Positions 15,431 through 24,667 of a DNA stretch of 26,013 nucleotides are shown here, piece by piece (positions within the stretch are counted from its first letter, which is position 1; each line of letters opens with the position of its first letter). The notes under the pieces were generated by a model that did no database searches, was not told where the DNA came from, and worked only from the letters and a program-made list of their open reading frames with translations. This DNA comes from Candidatus Velthaea sp. GTDB taxonomy: Bacteria; Vulcanimicrobiota; Vulcanimicrobiia; Vulcanimicrobiales; Vulcanimicrobiaceae. The translations under genes were made by a program, and so were the position numbers. The stretch lies in contig JBEKHC010000076.1 in assembly GCA_050012475.1 (NCBI GenBank), forward strand, positions 1-26,013, read 5' to 3'.

Positions 15431-16159
15431 GTGGCGTTGAGTCTTCGCGACGCAACGTTCGCCGTCGTCGACGTGGAAACGACTGGCGTCGACCCGGCCG
15501 TCGATCGCGTCGTTGAAGTGGCATGCGTGCTCATGCGCATCGATCGCGAGCTCGACACGTTCAGCACTCTGATCGACCCGGGCCGGCCGATCCCCGCGAT
15601 CGCATCCGCCATCCACCACATCACCGATCGGCACGTCCGCGGCGCTCCATCCCTTGCCGAGGTCCAGCCGCAGATCGACGCGCGGTGCGCGGGCTCGATC
15701 GTGGTCGCTCACAACGCGCGATTCGACCTGGGGTTCTTGCCCTTTCTCGCCCATCGCCCCATGCTCTGCTCGATGCGGCTGGCAATGCGTGTTCTGCCCG
15801 ACGCACCGAATTTCAAAAACCAGGTTCTGCGCTACCATCTCGACGTCGACGCGACGCTCAATGAAGGCGCGATCGCGCATCGGGCGCTGGGTGACGCGCA
15901 AGTCACCGGCCGGATCCTCTCGATCCTTTTGCAACGGCACTTGGCGGCGGGTGGGACGGACGACGCCGAACAACTCGTGCGCGAGGTGGCGGCGCCTCGA
16001 CGGCTCGCGGCGCTCCCGTTCGGACGTCACCGTGGCGTGGCGATCGAAAGCGTTCCCGCCGACTACTTGCGCTGGCTGGATCGTGAATCGCTGTCGGCTT
16101 CGCGCGATGCGCGGTTTACGGCCCGGCGCGAACTGGAACGCCGGGCGATGGCGTCATGA
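15431..16159 (+). CDS. DEDDh 3'-5' exonuclease, exonuclease X-like, with C-terminal DUF3820-like domain
   Basis: DVETTG, AHNARFD, HRALGD, and C-terminal LPFGRHRG..I..VP.DYL.WL. GTG 15431 was chosen as the start. Confidence 0.88.
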   Translation: MALSLRDATFAVVDVETTGVDPAVDRVVEVACVLMRIDRELDTFSTLIDPGRPIPAIASAIHHITDRHVRGAPSLAEVQPQIDARCAGSIVVAHNARFDLGFLPFLAHRPMLCSMRLAMRVLPDAPNFKNQVLRYHLDVDATLNEGAIAHRALGDAQVTGRILSILLQRHLAAGGTDDAEQLVREVAAPRRLAALPFGRHRGVAIESVPADYLRWLDRESLSASRDARFTARRELERRAMAS

Positions 16160-16316
16160 CCGGCGTGGTCGCCCGGCCGCGGCACGACGCCGAATTGCAC
16201 ACGCTGCACACTTCTCACTGTGGATATCTTGAGGAAGCGCCGAGCCGCAGAGCGCGCGTTGGGGATTCCTTGCGAATTCAGGGTTGTAGAAGTCGGGCGG
16301 CATCTTGACGTAAGGT

Positions 16317-16583
16317 ATGGCTGTCATGATCTCTGCCTGCACCCTGCTGCTCACTCATGGAACCCACGTCATCGATGAACCCTCCGCGTGCGAGGTCGAG
16401 CGCGCGATGGACAGCGGGGCAGCATCGGTCGACATCACCTTGGATGTGACCGGCAGCGGCAATACTCTATCGCGCGCCCGTTTGTCGATGGCGCATGTCG
16501 TAGCCGTCATCCGCCATCCGCATCGCGCAGTCGACGCACCGCTGCTCGAACAAGCGAAGCTTTATGCTCTGCGCGCGCGCTGA
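16317..16583 (+). CDS. Hypothetical protein (85-88 aa)
   Basis: Globular composition. TAAGGT upstream fits the ATG at 16326 better. It overlaps the convergent next ORF by 22 bp. Confidence 0.55.
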   Translation: MAVMISACTLLLTHGTHVIDEPSACEVERAMDSGAASVDITLDVTGSGNTLSRARLSMAHVVAVIRHPHRAVDAPLLEQAKLYALRAR

Positions 16584-17512
16584 TCGCGACGACCGGCTTG
16601 GGCAAAGCCGAAACGCAACGGACCGCGCGCAGCGCGATCGGCGAAGCCGGCGGCGAGGTCGGTCTCGTACGCCAGATGCGCAAGGTACTCGAAGTGGTCG
16701 AAGTCCGGGTGCGAGCTTGCCGCGGCGACACTGCCGGCGAATCGATACGCGCTCCATCGGGCCAAGAGTTCGCTTCGCGTCTCGAACAGCAGCGCTCCCT
16801 TCGCGCGCCGGCACTTGTCGCACGCCGGCAGCGCCAGCCCATCGACGCCGAAGCGCTGCACCGCCGCGCTGAAGCGCGGCCCTTCACGCACTTTCGCCGC
16901 GCGCAGCAATCCAATCGAAAGCGCCGGCTCAGGCCGCAGGCAAGAGTCATCGAAGCGATAGGATACTTCCAGCCGCAAGTCGATCGGCAGGCGGTCATAC
17001 CATGCCGGATCGAGCAGCGTCGGTTTGGGCATCAGCTTTCCGATCGCATCCGCCACCTCAGCGTACAGACCGGACAGTTCGCACGCGTGTAACCAGCGGA
17101 GCGCTTCGATGGAATTGCGCTCGCCGCGGAACCACGCTGTATCGCACACGAGACATTTTGCATCGCGTTGTCGGACACGCACTTCGAACTCGCGACCGAT
17201 GCTCTCCGAGCAATCCCATCCTGCGGATCGTTTCGCTTTGCGCGTTCGCGTCCGAACCGGAAAGGCGTCTGCCGGAACCCAGCCGGCAAAGGGGCCGGGT
17301 TCGACAAAATCCGACGGGCTCGCCCACGGGACGCTGGGCAGCCACGGGACGTGATGCGCTTGCGGCCCGCCGCCGCAGTACAGCCCGATGTGCGTGCGGC
17401 GAACCGCGAAGCGGCGAGTACTGGCGCAACGACTGCCGGCGGCGAGCGGCGCGCCGCACGGCTCAAACGAAAGGCCGACGATCTCGTAGACTTGCTGCGG
17501 TTCCGTTTCCAC
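16562..17512 (-). CDS. Hypothetical protein with a split, degenerate HNH-type zinc-finger signature
   Basis: RQRDAKCLVC and LALPACDKCRRAKG resemble the two CxxC halves of McrA-type HNH domains. There are extra Cys/His residues in the N-terminal 55 aa. This is the longest ORF in the interval. Confidence 0.6.
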   Translation of the reverse strand: METEPQQVYEIVGLSFEPCGAPLAAGSRCASTRRFAVRRTHIGLYCGGGPQAHHVPWLPSVPWASPSDFVEPGPFAGWVPADAFPVRTRTRKAKRSAGWDCSESIGREFEVRVRQRDAKCLVCDTAWFRGERNSIEALRWLHACELSGLYAEVADAIGKLMPKPTLLDPAWYDRLPIDLRLEVSYRFDDSCLRPEPALSIGLLRAAKVREGPRFSAAVQRFGVDGLALPACDKCRRAKGALLFETRSELLARWSAYRFAGSVAAASSHPDFDHFEYLAHLAYETDLAAGFADRAARGPLRFGFAQAGRRDQRARRA

Positions 17513-17552
17513 TGGGACCGCTGATATTGAACGGTGCGGCGGCCTCTCCCGG

Positions 17553-17566
17553 GGAACGCACGTTCG
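17553..17566. promoter_or_regulatory. Putative LexA SOS box (GAAC-N4-GTTC type)
   Basis: GGAAC-GCAC-GTTCG, about 40 bp upstream of GTG 17512, overlapping a TTGCCG -35-like hexamer on the minus strand. Confidence 0.5.
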
Positions 17567-17888
17567 GCAAAAGCCGGCACTACAACCCGTAGTGTCCTTC
17601 GTTGCGCCCTCCTCAATCCGTTGCGGTCGGTCCGATCGAAAACAAGTCGACTGTGACTGCGATGACGTTTGGCAGCACGATCATCTTTCGCCGTTAGCAG
17701 ACAATGCAAGAATCAGCTCGAGCCAGGTGTTCTTGGCATATAACGCAAGCACCAGACACTCTTGCCACGTGACTGAAGCGTCGTTCGAGCAACGCGCTTT
17801 GGCAGACGAAGGCGCTGGTCGCACATCATGAGTTTTTGCAGCAGCTGATACATCAGGTTCCGACGGCAAACGGCGATAGGGATGCCGA

Positions 17889-17917
17889 GCGGTGGCGCAG
17901 GCTTCGTGCGCCACCGC
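17889..17917. other. Strong orphan hairpin
   Basis: GCGGTGGCGCA-GGCTTCG-TGCGCCACCGC (11-bp perfect stem), flanked by GATGC/GCATC. Confidence 0.6.
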
Positions 17918-17975
17918 ACGCATCAGCGCACCGGAAGAAATCGGGTCGCTCGTTCGGGGATTCGCGCCGCGCGCG

Positions 17976-18002
17976 AAGTAGTACATAGAACCAAGTAGTA
18001 CA
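17976..18002 (+). promoter_or_regulatory. Direct repeat AAGTAGTACA x2 (17-bp period), putative regulator site
   Basis: Exact 10-mers at 17976 and 17993 in an AT-rich patch about 45 bp before the GNAT start. Confidence 0.5.
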
Positions 18003-18044
18003 CATAATAACGAAGCACGCGCCGCTAATATGCAAGGAACCACC

Positions 18045-18605
18045 ATGACCGTCACACCGAGAACATTTCCGTTCACCTCGGAGTTCCGCGGCAATATCGT
18101 GACATTCCGGCGCATGTGCGCAGATGACAAAGAATTGTTTCGGAGCTTCATTCGCTCGCTGCCGGCCAAGGATAACTACTATCTGCTCGTCGACGTTCGC
18201 AGCGACCAAGCAATCGACCGCTGGGCGCAGGAAGTCGAGTCCGGCCACACCTTGGGCGTTGTTGCGCTCGACGGCGACAAGTTGATCGGCTACTGCAGCG
18301 TCGATACGAACGAGCTGCCCTGGATGCGGCACACCGGCGAGATTCGCATGAGCACCGCCCTGGCGTACCGCGGCTTGGGGATCGGGCGCATTCTGGCGTA
18401 CGAGGTCTTCGCCATGGCGCGGGCCCACGGACTCGAGAAAATTTGGAGCCGCATGGCGGCTCGCCAGCAGGCGTCGCAAAACGTTTTCGAGAGCTTGGGC
18501 TTCCGCGTCGAAGCCGTATTGTCAGACTTCGTCAAGAATGAGGACGGCCTAACGGAGGACCTCGTGATGATGTCCTTTGATGCCGGCAAGCCGTGGGGAT
18601 TGTAA
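18045..18605 (+). CDS. GNAT family N-acetyltransferase
   Basis: Acetyl-CoA motif YRGLGIGR and FESLGF..E..L. AAGGA lies 6 nt before ATG 18045. Confidence 0.88.
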   Translation: MTVTPRTFPFTSEFRGNIVTFRRMCADDKELFRSFIRSLPAKDNYYLLVDVRSDQAIDRWAQEVESGHTLGVVALDGDKLIGYCSVDTNELPWMRHTGEIRMSTALAYRGLGIGRILAYEVFAMARAHGLEKIWSRMAARQQASQNVFESLGFRVEAVLSDFVKNEDGLTEDLVMMSFDAGKPWGL

Positions 18606-18698
18606 GCTAGGACAGAATTCAAGCTTTTTCCGGGGTGAAGTAGTGCTCGATGAGAAAATCGGCTGCTAAGAGAGCGCTAGCGAGCACGAAGGAGTAGC

Positions 18699-21185
18699 AT
18701 GGCAACGGTTGAACCGCGGGCCACCCGACCGATCGGGGAAACTGACGCCGAGCTGTCGGCGGCGGCATTGCGCCGTCAATTTGAGCTTCATTTGCGCCAC
18801 AGCCTGGCGAAGGATCGGTACAGTGCGACCGACCGCGACCGTTACTATGCCGCCGCGCTCACCGTGCGCGATCAGCTCATCGACCGCTGGATCGCTACCC
18901 AGCAGATGCATCACAAAAAGAACGTCAAGCGGGTGTACTACCTGTCGCTGGAGTTCTTGATCGGCCGTCTGCTCGGAAACAACGTCATCAATCTGCGCAC
19001 TGAAGACGTCTATCGCACCGCCATGTCGCAAGAGGGCCTCAACTGGGAGGCGTTGCGCGAATACGAAGTCGACGCCGGCTTGGGTAACGGCGGTTTGGGC
19101 CGCCTCGCCGCGTGTTTCCTCGACTCGATCGCGACCTTGAACTTGCCCGCCGTCGGCTACGGTTTGCGCTACGATTTCGGGATCTTCAAACAGAAGATCG
19201 TGAACGGCTACCAGGTCGAGCAACCCGACGAATGGCTCAAGCTGCGCTATCCGTGGGAGATCCCGCACCCCGAGTTTTCATTCGAGGTGCAGTTCGAGGG
19301 CCGCACCGGCATCCGGCCCGGTCCGCACGGTGACGAGTGGTACTGGGCCGATGCCAAGCGCGTCATCGGCATCCCGTACGATCTTCCCATCGTCGGGTAC
19401 GGCGCCGCGACGGTCAACACGCTGCGCCTTTGGTCGGCCACCGCAGCCGAAGATTTCGATCTCGACGATTTCAATCGCGGCGAGTACATCGACGCGGTGG
19501 CAAACAAAGTCCGGGCTGAAAACCTGACCAAGATTCTGTATCCCAACGACAACCTGCTCGTCGGGAAGGAACTCCGGCTGCGCCAAGAGTTCTTCTTCGT
19601 TTCGTGCACGATTCAGGACATCGTGCGCCGTTTCAAATCCGACGGCAACGCCTGGGAAACGTTCCCCGACAAAGTCTTTCTCCAACTCAACGACACCCAT
19701 CCGTCGCTGGTCGTCGCCGAACTCATGCGGCTGCTCGTCGATTGCGAAAAACTCGAATGGGAAGACGCGTGGCGCATCGCGACCGCCTCGACCGGCTACA
19801 CGAACCACACCGTGCTGCCCGAAGCGCTCGAAAAGTGGCCCGTCGACATGATGGGCTGGCTGCTGCCGCGCCATTTGCAGATCATCTTCGAGATCAACGC
19901 GCGCTTTCTGCGCGGCGTCGCGTACCGCTACCCGTTCGACGCCGACCGGCTGGGTCGCATGAGCATCATCGAAGAGGGCCCGCAAAAACACATTCGCATG
20001 GCACACCTCGCGATCGTCGGCTCGTGTTCGGTCAACGGCGTCTCGAAGCTGCATACCGAGCTGCTCAAGAGCACGGTGCTGCGCGACTTCGCCGAATACT
20101 GGCCGGGCAAATTCAACAACAAAACCAATGGGATCACGCCGCGCCGCTGGCTGTTGAAAGCGAATCCGCCCTTGGCGCGGTTGATCACCGATGCCATCGG
20201 CGACAAGTGGATCACCGACCTCGATGAATTGCGCAAACTCGAAGCGTTCACCGAAGATCCGTCCTTCCGCGAGCGTTTCCGCGCGGCAAAGCGGCACAAC
20301 AAGAACGCGCTCGCGCGGCACATCCGCGACATTCTCGGGGTCACCATCGTGCCCGAGTCGCTCTTCGACGTGCAGATCAAGCGCATGCACGAGTACAAGC
20401 GGCAGCTCCTGTTCGTCCTCTACATCATCATTCTCTACAATCGGCTCAAGGACAACCCCGCGCTGAACATCTCCGCGCGAACGTTTATCATCGCCGGGAA
20501 AGCAGCGCCCGGCTACACGATGGCAAAGCTGATCATCAAGCTGGTCAACCAAGTTGCCGACGTCATCAATTGCGACACCGAAGTGGCGGACAAGATCAAG
20601 TTCGTGTTCCTGCCCGACTATCGCGTGTCGCTGGCCGAAAAGCTGATCCCGGCCGCGGATCTCAGCGAACAGATCTCGCTGGCGGGAACCGAAGCCTCGG
20701 GGACCGGCAACATGAAGCTGCAGCTCAACGGAGCGCTGACGATCGGGACGCTCGACGGCGCGAACGTCGAGATCCTCGAGGAAGTCGGTCCGGAAAACTG
20801 TTTCATCTTCGGGATGACGGCCGATGAAGTCGAGCAGCGGCGTCCAACCTACAATCCCTGGGACATCTACGGCGGCGACGAGGAAATTCGCCGCGCCGTG
20901 CAATTGATCGAACGCGACTTTTTCAGCATGATGGAGCCCGGAATTTTCCAGCCCATCACGCACACGCTGCTCGGCGGCGGCGATCACTACATGCTCTTGG
21001 CCGATCTGCGTGAATACATCACGACCCAAGAGCGAGTCGACGCCACGTACAGCGACGAAGCAAGCTGGAGTCGAAAGTCGATCCTCAACGTCGCACGGGC
21101 CGGACACTTCTCGTCGGATCGCACGATTCGCGAGTACGCGGCGGACATTTGGCATCTCGAACCGTGCGCCATCCCGCCGGCCTGA
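18699..21185 (+). CDS. glgP: Glycogen/alpha-glucan phosphorylase (GT35)
   Basis: GLGNGGLGRLAACF, LYPND, QLNDTHP, YTNHT, TNGITPRRW, QIKRMHEYKRQ, PLP-binding EASGTGNMK and FSSDRTI. Ribosome-binding site AAGGAG. Confidence 0.98.
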   Translation: MATVEPRATRPIGETDAELSAAALRRQFELHLRHSLAKDRYSATDRDRYYAAALTVRDQLIDRWIATQQMHHKKNVKRVYYLSLEFLIGRLLGNNVINLRTEDVYRTAMSQEGLNWEALREYEVDAGLGNGGLGRLAACFLDSIATLNLPAVGYGLRYDFGIFKQKIVNGYQVEQPDEWLKLRYPWEIPHPEFSFEVQFEGRTGIRPGPHGDEWYWADAKRVIGIPYDLPIVGYGAATVNTLRLWSATAAEDFDLDDFNRGEYIDAVANKVRAENLTKILYPNDNLLVGKELRLRQEFFFVSCTIQDIVRRFKSDGNAWETFPDKVFLQLNDTHPSLVVAELMRLLVDCEKLEWEDAWRIATASTGYTNHTVLPEALEKWPVDMMGWLLPRHLQIIFEINARFLRGVAYRYPFDADRLGRMSIIEEGPQKHIRMAHLAIVGSCSVNGVSKLHTELLKSTVLRDFAEYWPGKFNNKTNGITPRRWLLKANPPLARLITDAIGDKWITDLDELRKLEAFTEDPSFRERFRAAKRHNKNALARHIRDILGVTIVPESLFDVQIKRMHEYKRQLLFVLYIIILYNRLKDNPALNISARTFIIAGKAAPGYTMAKLIIKLVNQVADVINCDTEVADKIKFVFLPDYRVSLAEKLIPAADLSEQISLAGTEASGTGNMKLQLNGALTIGTLDGANVEILEEVGPENCFIFGMTADEVEQRRPTYNPWDIYGGDEEIRRAVQLIERDFFSMMEPGIFQPITHTLLGGGDHYMLLADLREYITTQERVDATYSDEASWSRKSILNVARAGHFSSDRTIREYAADIWHLEPCAIPPA

Positions 21186-21197
21186 CAGCGCGGCAGA

Positions 21198-21234
21198 TCA
21201 ATATGGCGGCCGGATAAGCCGGCCGCCACATTGA
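21198..21234 (+). terminator. Hairpin after glgP (terminator or mRNA-stabilising stem)
   Basis: TGGCGGCCGG-ATAAG-CCGGCCGCCA (10-bp perfect stem), extended by TCAAT/ATTGA. Confidence 0.65.
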
Positions 21235-21303
21235 CAGCCGGGTCGTCGGGACCGGCGGGCGACCGGCGCGGCCATCCGCCCATGACGTTTCGCAAGGAGA
21301 TGC

Positions 21304-22491
21304 ATGATGCCGAATTCGGATCCGGGTGCGCCGGCGACAACGCGCATCGTCGGCAAGGACTCCTGGCTTTTCGGTAACGACAGCGTGCGCATCGCGCTCA
21401 CCCAAGACGGCGGGCACATGGCGCCCGTGACATTCGCTCTGCACAACGACACCGTCGCCGAACCGTATTATGTCAGTCCGTGGGGCGCGGACGATCTCGC
21501 GGTTCCCGTCGATGAGCCGTGCGTGCGATTCATTCGCGGCGACTTTTTTTGCTTGCCGTTCGGCAATCCCGGAAAGCACGGCAACGACCGCAACGTGCTC
21601 CACGGCGAGTCGAGTTTTGCCCGCTGGCAGTTCGATGGACATCGCGCGGCGGACGCGGTGAGCGCCTTCGATTTCTCTCTGCAAACGGCCCACCCGCCGG
21701 GCAAGCTGTCCAAACACGTCGCCCTGGTCGACGGACACACGGTGATCTATCTGCAACACGAACTGAGCAATTACAACGGTTCGTTTCCGGCCGGCCATCA
21801 CGCGACGCTGGGAATGCCCGAAGAGCCGGAGAGCGTCCTGGTCGGGGTATCGCCGTATCGCTACGGCTACACCTGGCCGTCACCCTTCGGCGACCCGGCC
21901 GGCCAAGGCTCGTACTATGCGCTGGCCGTCGGAGCGCGCTTCGAGACGCTCGACGCCGTACCGCTGATTTTCAAAGACCCGGCGGCCGGCGCATGCAACG
22001 CCTTTCCGACCCGACGCGGCTACACCGATGCAGCCGCATGCATCGTGGAGAGCGGCATCGACCCCGCTTGGGTCACGGCGACGTTCACCACCCGAGGCTT
22101 TCTTTGGTTCGCGCTCAAGAACGCCGCGGATTTTCCCTTGACGCTGCTGTGGATGGCCAATCACGGGCGACACGCATCGCCTTGGAACGGCCGCGACGAC
22201 TGTTTGGGCATCGAAGATATTCGCGCGCTCTTCGGCGAGGGCTGGCACGCCTCGGTCGAACCGAACTTTTTATCGAACGACGGTGTGCCGACGGCGTTTA
22301 CCGTCACGCCGCAGACACCGCTCAAGCTCAACTACATTCAAGGCGTCGCGGCGACGCCGCCCGGCTACGGGCGCGTCGTCAAAGCGGTTTTCGAGCCGGG
22401 CGGCGTGCGCTTCATCGACGAACGCGGAGCCGAAGCACGCACCGCCGTCGATCACGCCTTTCTGCGCGGTGCCGACAGCCCCAAGGGTTGA
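21304..22491 (+). CDS. Galactose mutarotase/aldose epimerase-like hypothetical protein
   Basis: RGDFFCLPFG, LHG....W, GHHATL and GIED match the His/His/Glu layout of the mutarotase-like superfamily. Ribosome-binding site AAGGAG. Confidence 0.7.
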   Translation: MMPNSDPGAPATTRIVGKDSWLFGNDSVRIALTQDGGHMAPVTFALHNDTVAEPYYVSPWGADDLAVPVDEPCVRFIRGDFFCLPFGNPGKHGNDRNVLHGESSFARWQFDGHRAADAVSAFDFSLQTAHPPGKLSKHVALVDGHTVIYLQHELSNYNGSFPAGHHATLGMPEEPESVLVGVSPYRYGYTWPSPFGDPAGQGSYYALAVGARFETLDAVPLIFKDPAAGACNAFPTRRGYTDAAACIVESGIDPAWVTATFTTRGFLWFALKNAADFPLTLLWMANHGRHASPWNGRDDCLGIEDIRALFGEGWHASVEPNFLSNDGVPTAFTVTPQTPLKLNYIQGVAATPPGYGRVVKAVFEPGGVRFIDERGAEARTAVDHAFLRGADSPKG

Positions 22492-22506
22492 GCGCCCGAT
22501 AACGCC

Positions 22507-23862
22507 TTACGCGCGGACGGCGGCCGGTTTCGGACGTTGCCGGATTCGCGGTTCACTGGGATCGCTCGGCGTGCTGCGGCCGGCGCGAATGCCGAGCACG
22601 GCAACCGCCGAGATCAAACACAGAATCGCCGACAGCTCGAACGCGCCGGTGTACGTTCCGCTCGTCGTCCGGATCATGCCCGCGACGAGGGCGATCGCGC
22701 CTGCGCCCAGCTGATGGCCCGCGGAAACCCAGCCAAACACCAGCGGGCCTTCTTCCCGCCCGAACGCATCGATCGTCAGGCGCACCGTCGGCGGCACCGT
22801 GGCGACCCAATCCAAGCCGTAAAAGAGCGCGAACAGCGGTAAACCGAGCACGCCGCTGACGCCGAATGCGTACGGTACGAACAGCAGCGAGAGTCCGCGT
22901 AACCCGTAGTACCAGAACAGCAGATAGCGGCTGCTCCAGCGATCGGAAAGCCAACCCGAAACGGTCGTGCCGACCAGATCGAACGCTCCCATCATTGCCA
23001 GATAGCCCGCGGCGCGGACCTCGGGAATCCCGTGGTCGCCGCAGGCCGGGATGAAGTGCGTTCCGATGAAGCCGTTGGTGCTCGCACCGCACACGAAGAA
23101 CGTCCCAAACAAAAACCAAAAATCGCGCTTCTTGGACGCCCGTCCGAGCGACGCGAACGCCGTCCGCAACGGATTTCCGCCGCGCAGCAGTGGCGGCTCT
23201 TCGAGCTTCAAATCAGCCGGCGCGCCGAATGGCCGCAGACCGATATCCTCGGGCCGGTCGCGCATGAAGAACGCGATCGGGATCGCGACCACGAGCGCGA
23301 CCGCGCCGACCAGCAGGCCCACCGGACGCCAGCCGAACTTTTGCGCAACGAGTGCCAGCACCGGGAGAAACACCAGCTGCCCGGTTGCGTTCGCCGCCGT
23401 CAGCACGCCCATCACGGTGCCGCGCCGCGCGTAAAACCAGCGGGTCGAGACCGTCGCCGCGACCACGATGCCGATCATCCCGACGCCCACGCCGACGCCC
23501 ACGCCCCAGGTCAGAATGAGCTGCGCCGGCGACGCAATGCGCGATGTCGCGGCGCTCGAAACCGCCACGATGCCGAGGCCGAGCAACAGCGTTCGGCGCA
23601 CGCCCATGCTCTGCATGAGTGCCGCCGCGAACGGACCCATCAGCCCGAACAGAACGATGTTGATCGCGATGGCGGTCGAGATCGTCGTCGCGGACCAGCC
23701 CATCTCGGTTTCCATCGGAACCATGAGCACGCCCGGCGCCGACCGGATCCCGGCCGCGACGAGCAGCACGCAAAACGTCAGCGCGACGACGACGTAGTGG
23801 AACGGAAATCGCCGGCGCGGATTCGCCGCCGAGCGTGATTCGACCGATGGTTCGCCGTTCAA
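22507..23862 (-). CDS. MFS transporter; start uncertain (TTG 23862 assumed)
   Basis: About 12 hydrophobic segments, WF..RRG...G, RDRPED.GL.PFG, GWLSDRW, and GLDWVATVPPT. Confidence 0.92.
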   Translation of the reverse strand: MNGEPSVESRSAANPRRRFPFHYVVVALTFCVLLVAAGIRSAPGVLMVPMETEMGWSATTISTAIAINIVLFGLMGPFAAALMQSMGVRRTLLLGLGIVAVSSAATSRIASPAQLILTWGVGVGVGVGMIGIVVAATVSTRWFYARRGTVMGVLTAANATGQLVFLPVLALVAQKFGWRPVGLLVGAVALVVAIPIAFFMRDRPEDIGLRPFGAPADLKLEEPPLLRGGNPLRTAFASLGRASKKRDFWFLFGTFFVCGASTNGFIGTHFIPACGDHGIPEVRAAGYLAMMGAFDLVGTTVSGWLSDRWSSRYLLFWYYGLRGLSLLFVPYAFGVSGVLGLPLFALFYGLDWVATVPPTVRLTIDAFGREEGPLVFGWVSAGHQLGAGAIALVAGMIRTTSGTYTGAFELSAILCLISAVAVLGIRAGRSTPSDPSEPRIRQRPKPAAVRA

Positions 23863-23914
23863 AAGAGCCGTTTCTGCGACAGGGGAGTGGAAGGAAGCTG
23901 CCCGAGAGTTCCTG

Positions 23915-23930
23915 TAGTGTATATGCAATA
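23915..23930. promoter_or_regulatory. Putative MarR operator between the divergent MFS and MarR genes
   Basis: Imperfect AT-rich palindrome TAGTGTATATGCAATA (12/16 positions symmetric) abutting ATG 23932. Confidence 0.55.
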
Positions 23931-23931
23931 T

Positions 23932-24399
23932 ATGCGCCAGACAAGCCCTGCCGTGTCCCCCGTGCTGCCGCTCGACCGGGCCGCTTGCGCTTGCGCGATC
24001 GTGCGGCGTGCCGCCCGCGAGGTGACGCATCTGTACGACGCCGCGCTCGCCCCAACGGGTTTGCGCATCACGCAATATTCGCTGCTGGCTAACCTCGATC
24101 GGCACGGCGCGATCGCGATGAGCGATCTTGCCGACGTCCTAGGCATGGATCGAACGACGCTCACGCGCAACCTCGCGCCGCTGGAGCGCGACGGGCTGCT
24201 GTCACTTCGCCCGGCCGGTCGCGGGCGCACGAAACTGGTGAACCTCACCGACCGCGGACGCCGGGATCTGCGCGCGGCGTTTCCGTATTGGGAGCAAGCG
24301 CAACAGCAGCTCGACGCGGCCGGCGCGGACGGTCCGGTGCGCGGCTTGCTGCAGATGGCGCAAGCGCTGCGGCGCGGCCGCGGCGAACGCGATCGCTAA
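23932..24399 (+). CDS. MarR family transcriptional regulator (N-terminal CxC type)
   Basis: CAC..VRRAAR..T..YD..L...GL..TQYSLL, helix-turn-helix LA..LGMDRTTLTRNL..L, and LT..GR. The start could be 23923, 23932 or slightly downstream. Confidence 0.92.
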   Translation: MRQTSPAVSPVLPLDRAACACAIVRRAAREVTHLYDAALAPTGLRITQYSLLANLDRHGAIAMSDLADVLGMDRTTLTRNLAPLERDGLLSLRPAGRGRTKLVNLTDRGRRDLRAAFPYWEQAQQQLDAAGADGPVRGLLQMAQALRRGRGERDR

Positions 24400-24452
24400 C
24401 GGAACTCCGGCATCGCTGGCGATCCGCGCCGAGCGATACCGGCGGAACGCCG

Positions 24453-24653
24453 TTAGTTCTCCGGGGCTGGGTCTTCGGGCGCCGGCGCAGCGTCGGGCGC
24501 CGCGTTCGGCTTCAAGAGGCCCTCGATCGCAGCGCCGCCGGGCACTCTGGAAGCAACGGCGTCGATGACTTCGGTCTCGATTCCGTCGGTAACGGATGAC
24601 TCGATACCGGCGGAGGAAGCCAGTCCGCCAAGGTTGCCCAGAAGATCTCCCAT
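24453..24653 (-). CDS. Small acidic hypothetical protein (66 aa), paralog of 1153..1431
   Basis: GAGGA ribosome-binding site, shared VIDAVASRVPGG core, and a Pro/Ala/acidic tail. Confidence 0.78.
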   Translation of the reverse strand: MGDLLGNLGGLASSAGIESSVTDGIETEVIDAVASRVPGGAAIEGLLKPNAAPDAAPAPEDPAPEN

Positions 24654-24667
24654 TGCATGTTCCTCGA

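Noticed and set aside
17577..17595. NrdR box
   Set aside because: The half-sites CACTA/TAGTG are 7 nt apart, too long for the 16-bp NrdR consensus.
19278..21155. Long antisense and alternate-frame ORFs (e.g. 625 aa here, 512 aa at 8331..9869, 489 aa at 13011..14480)
   Set aside because: These are shadow ORFs of well-supported genes, expected from high-GC codon bias.
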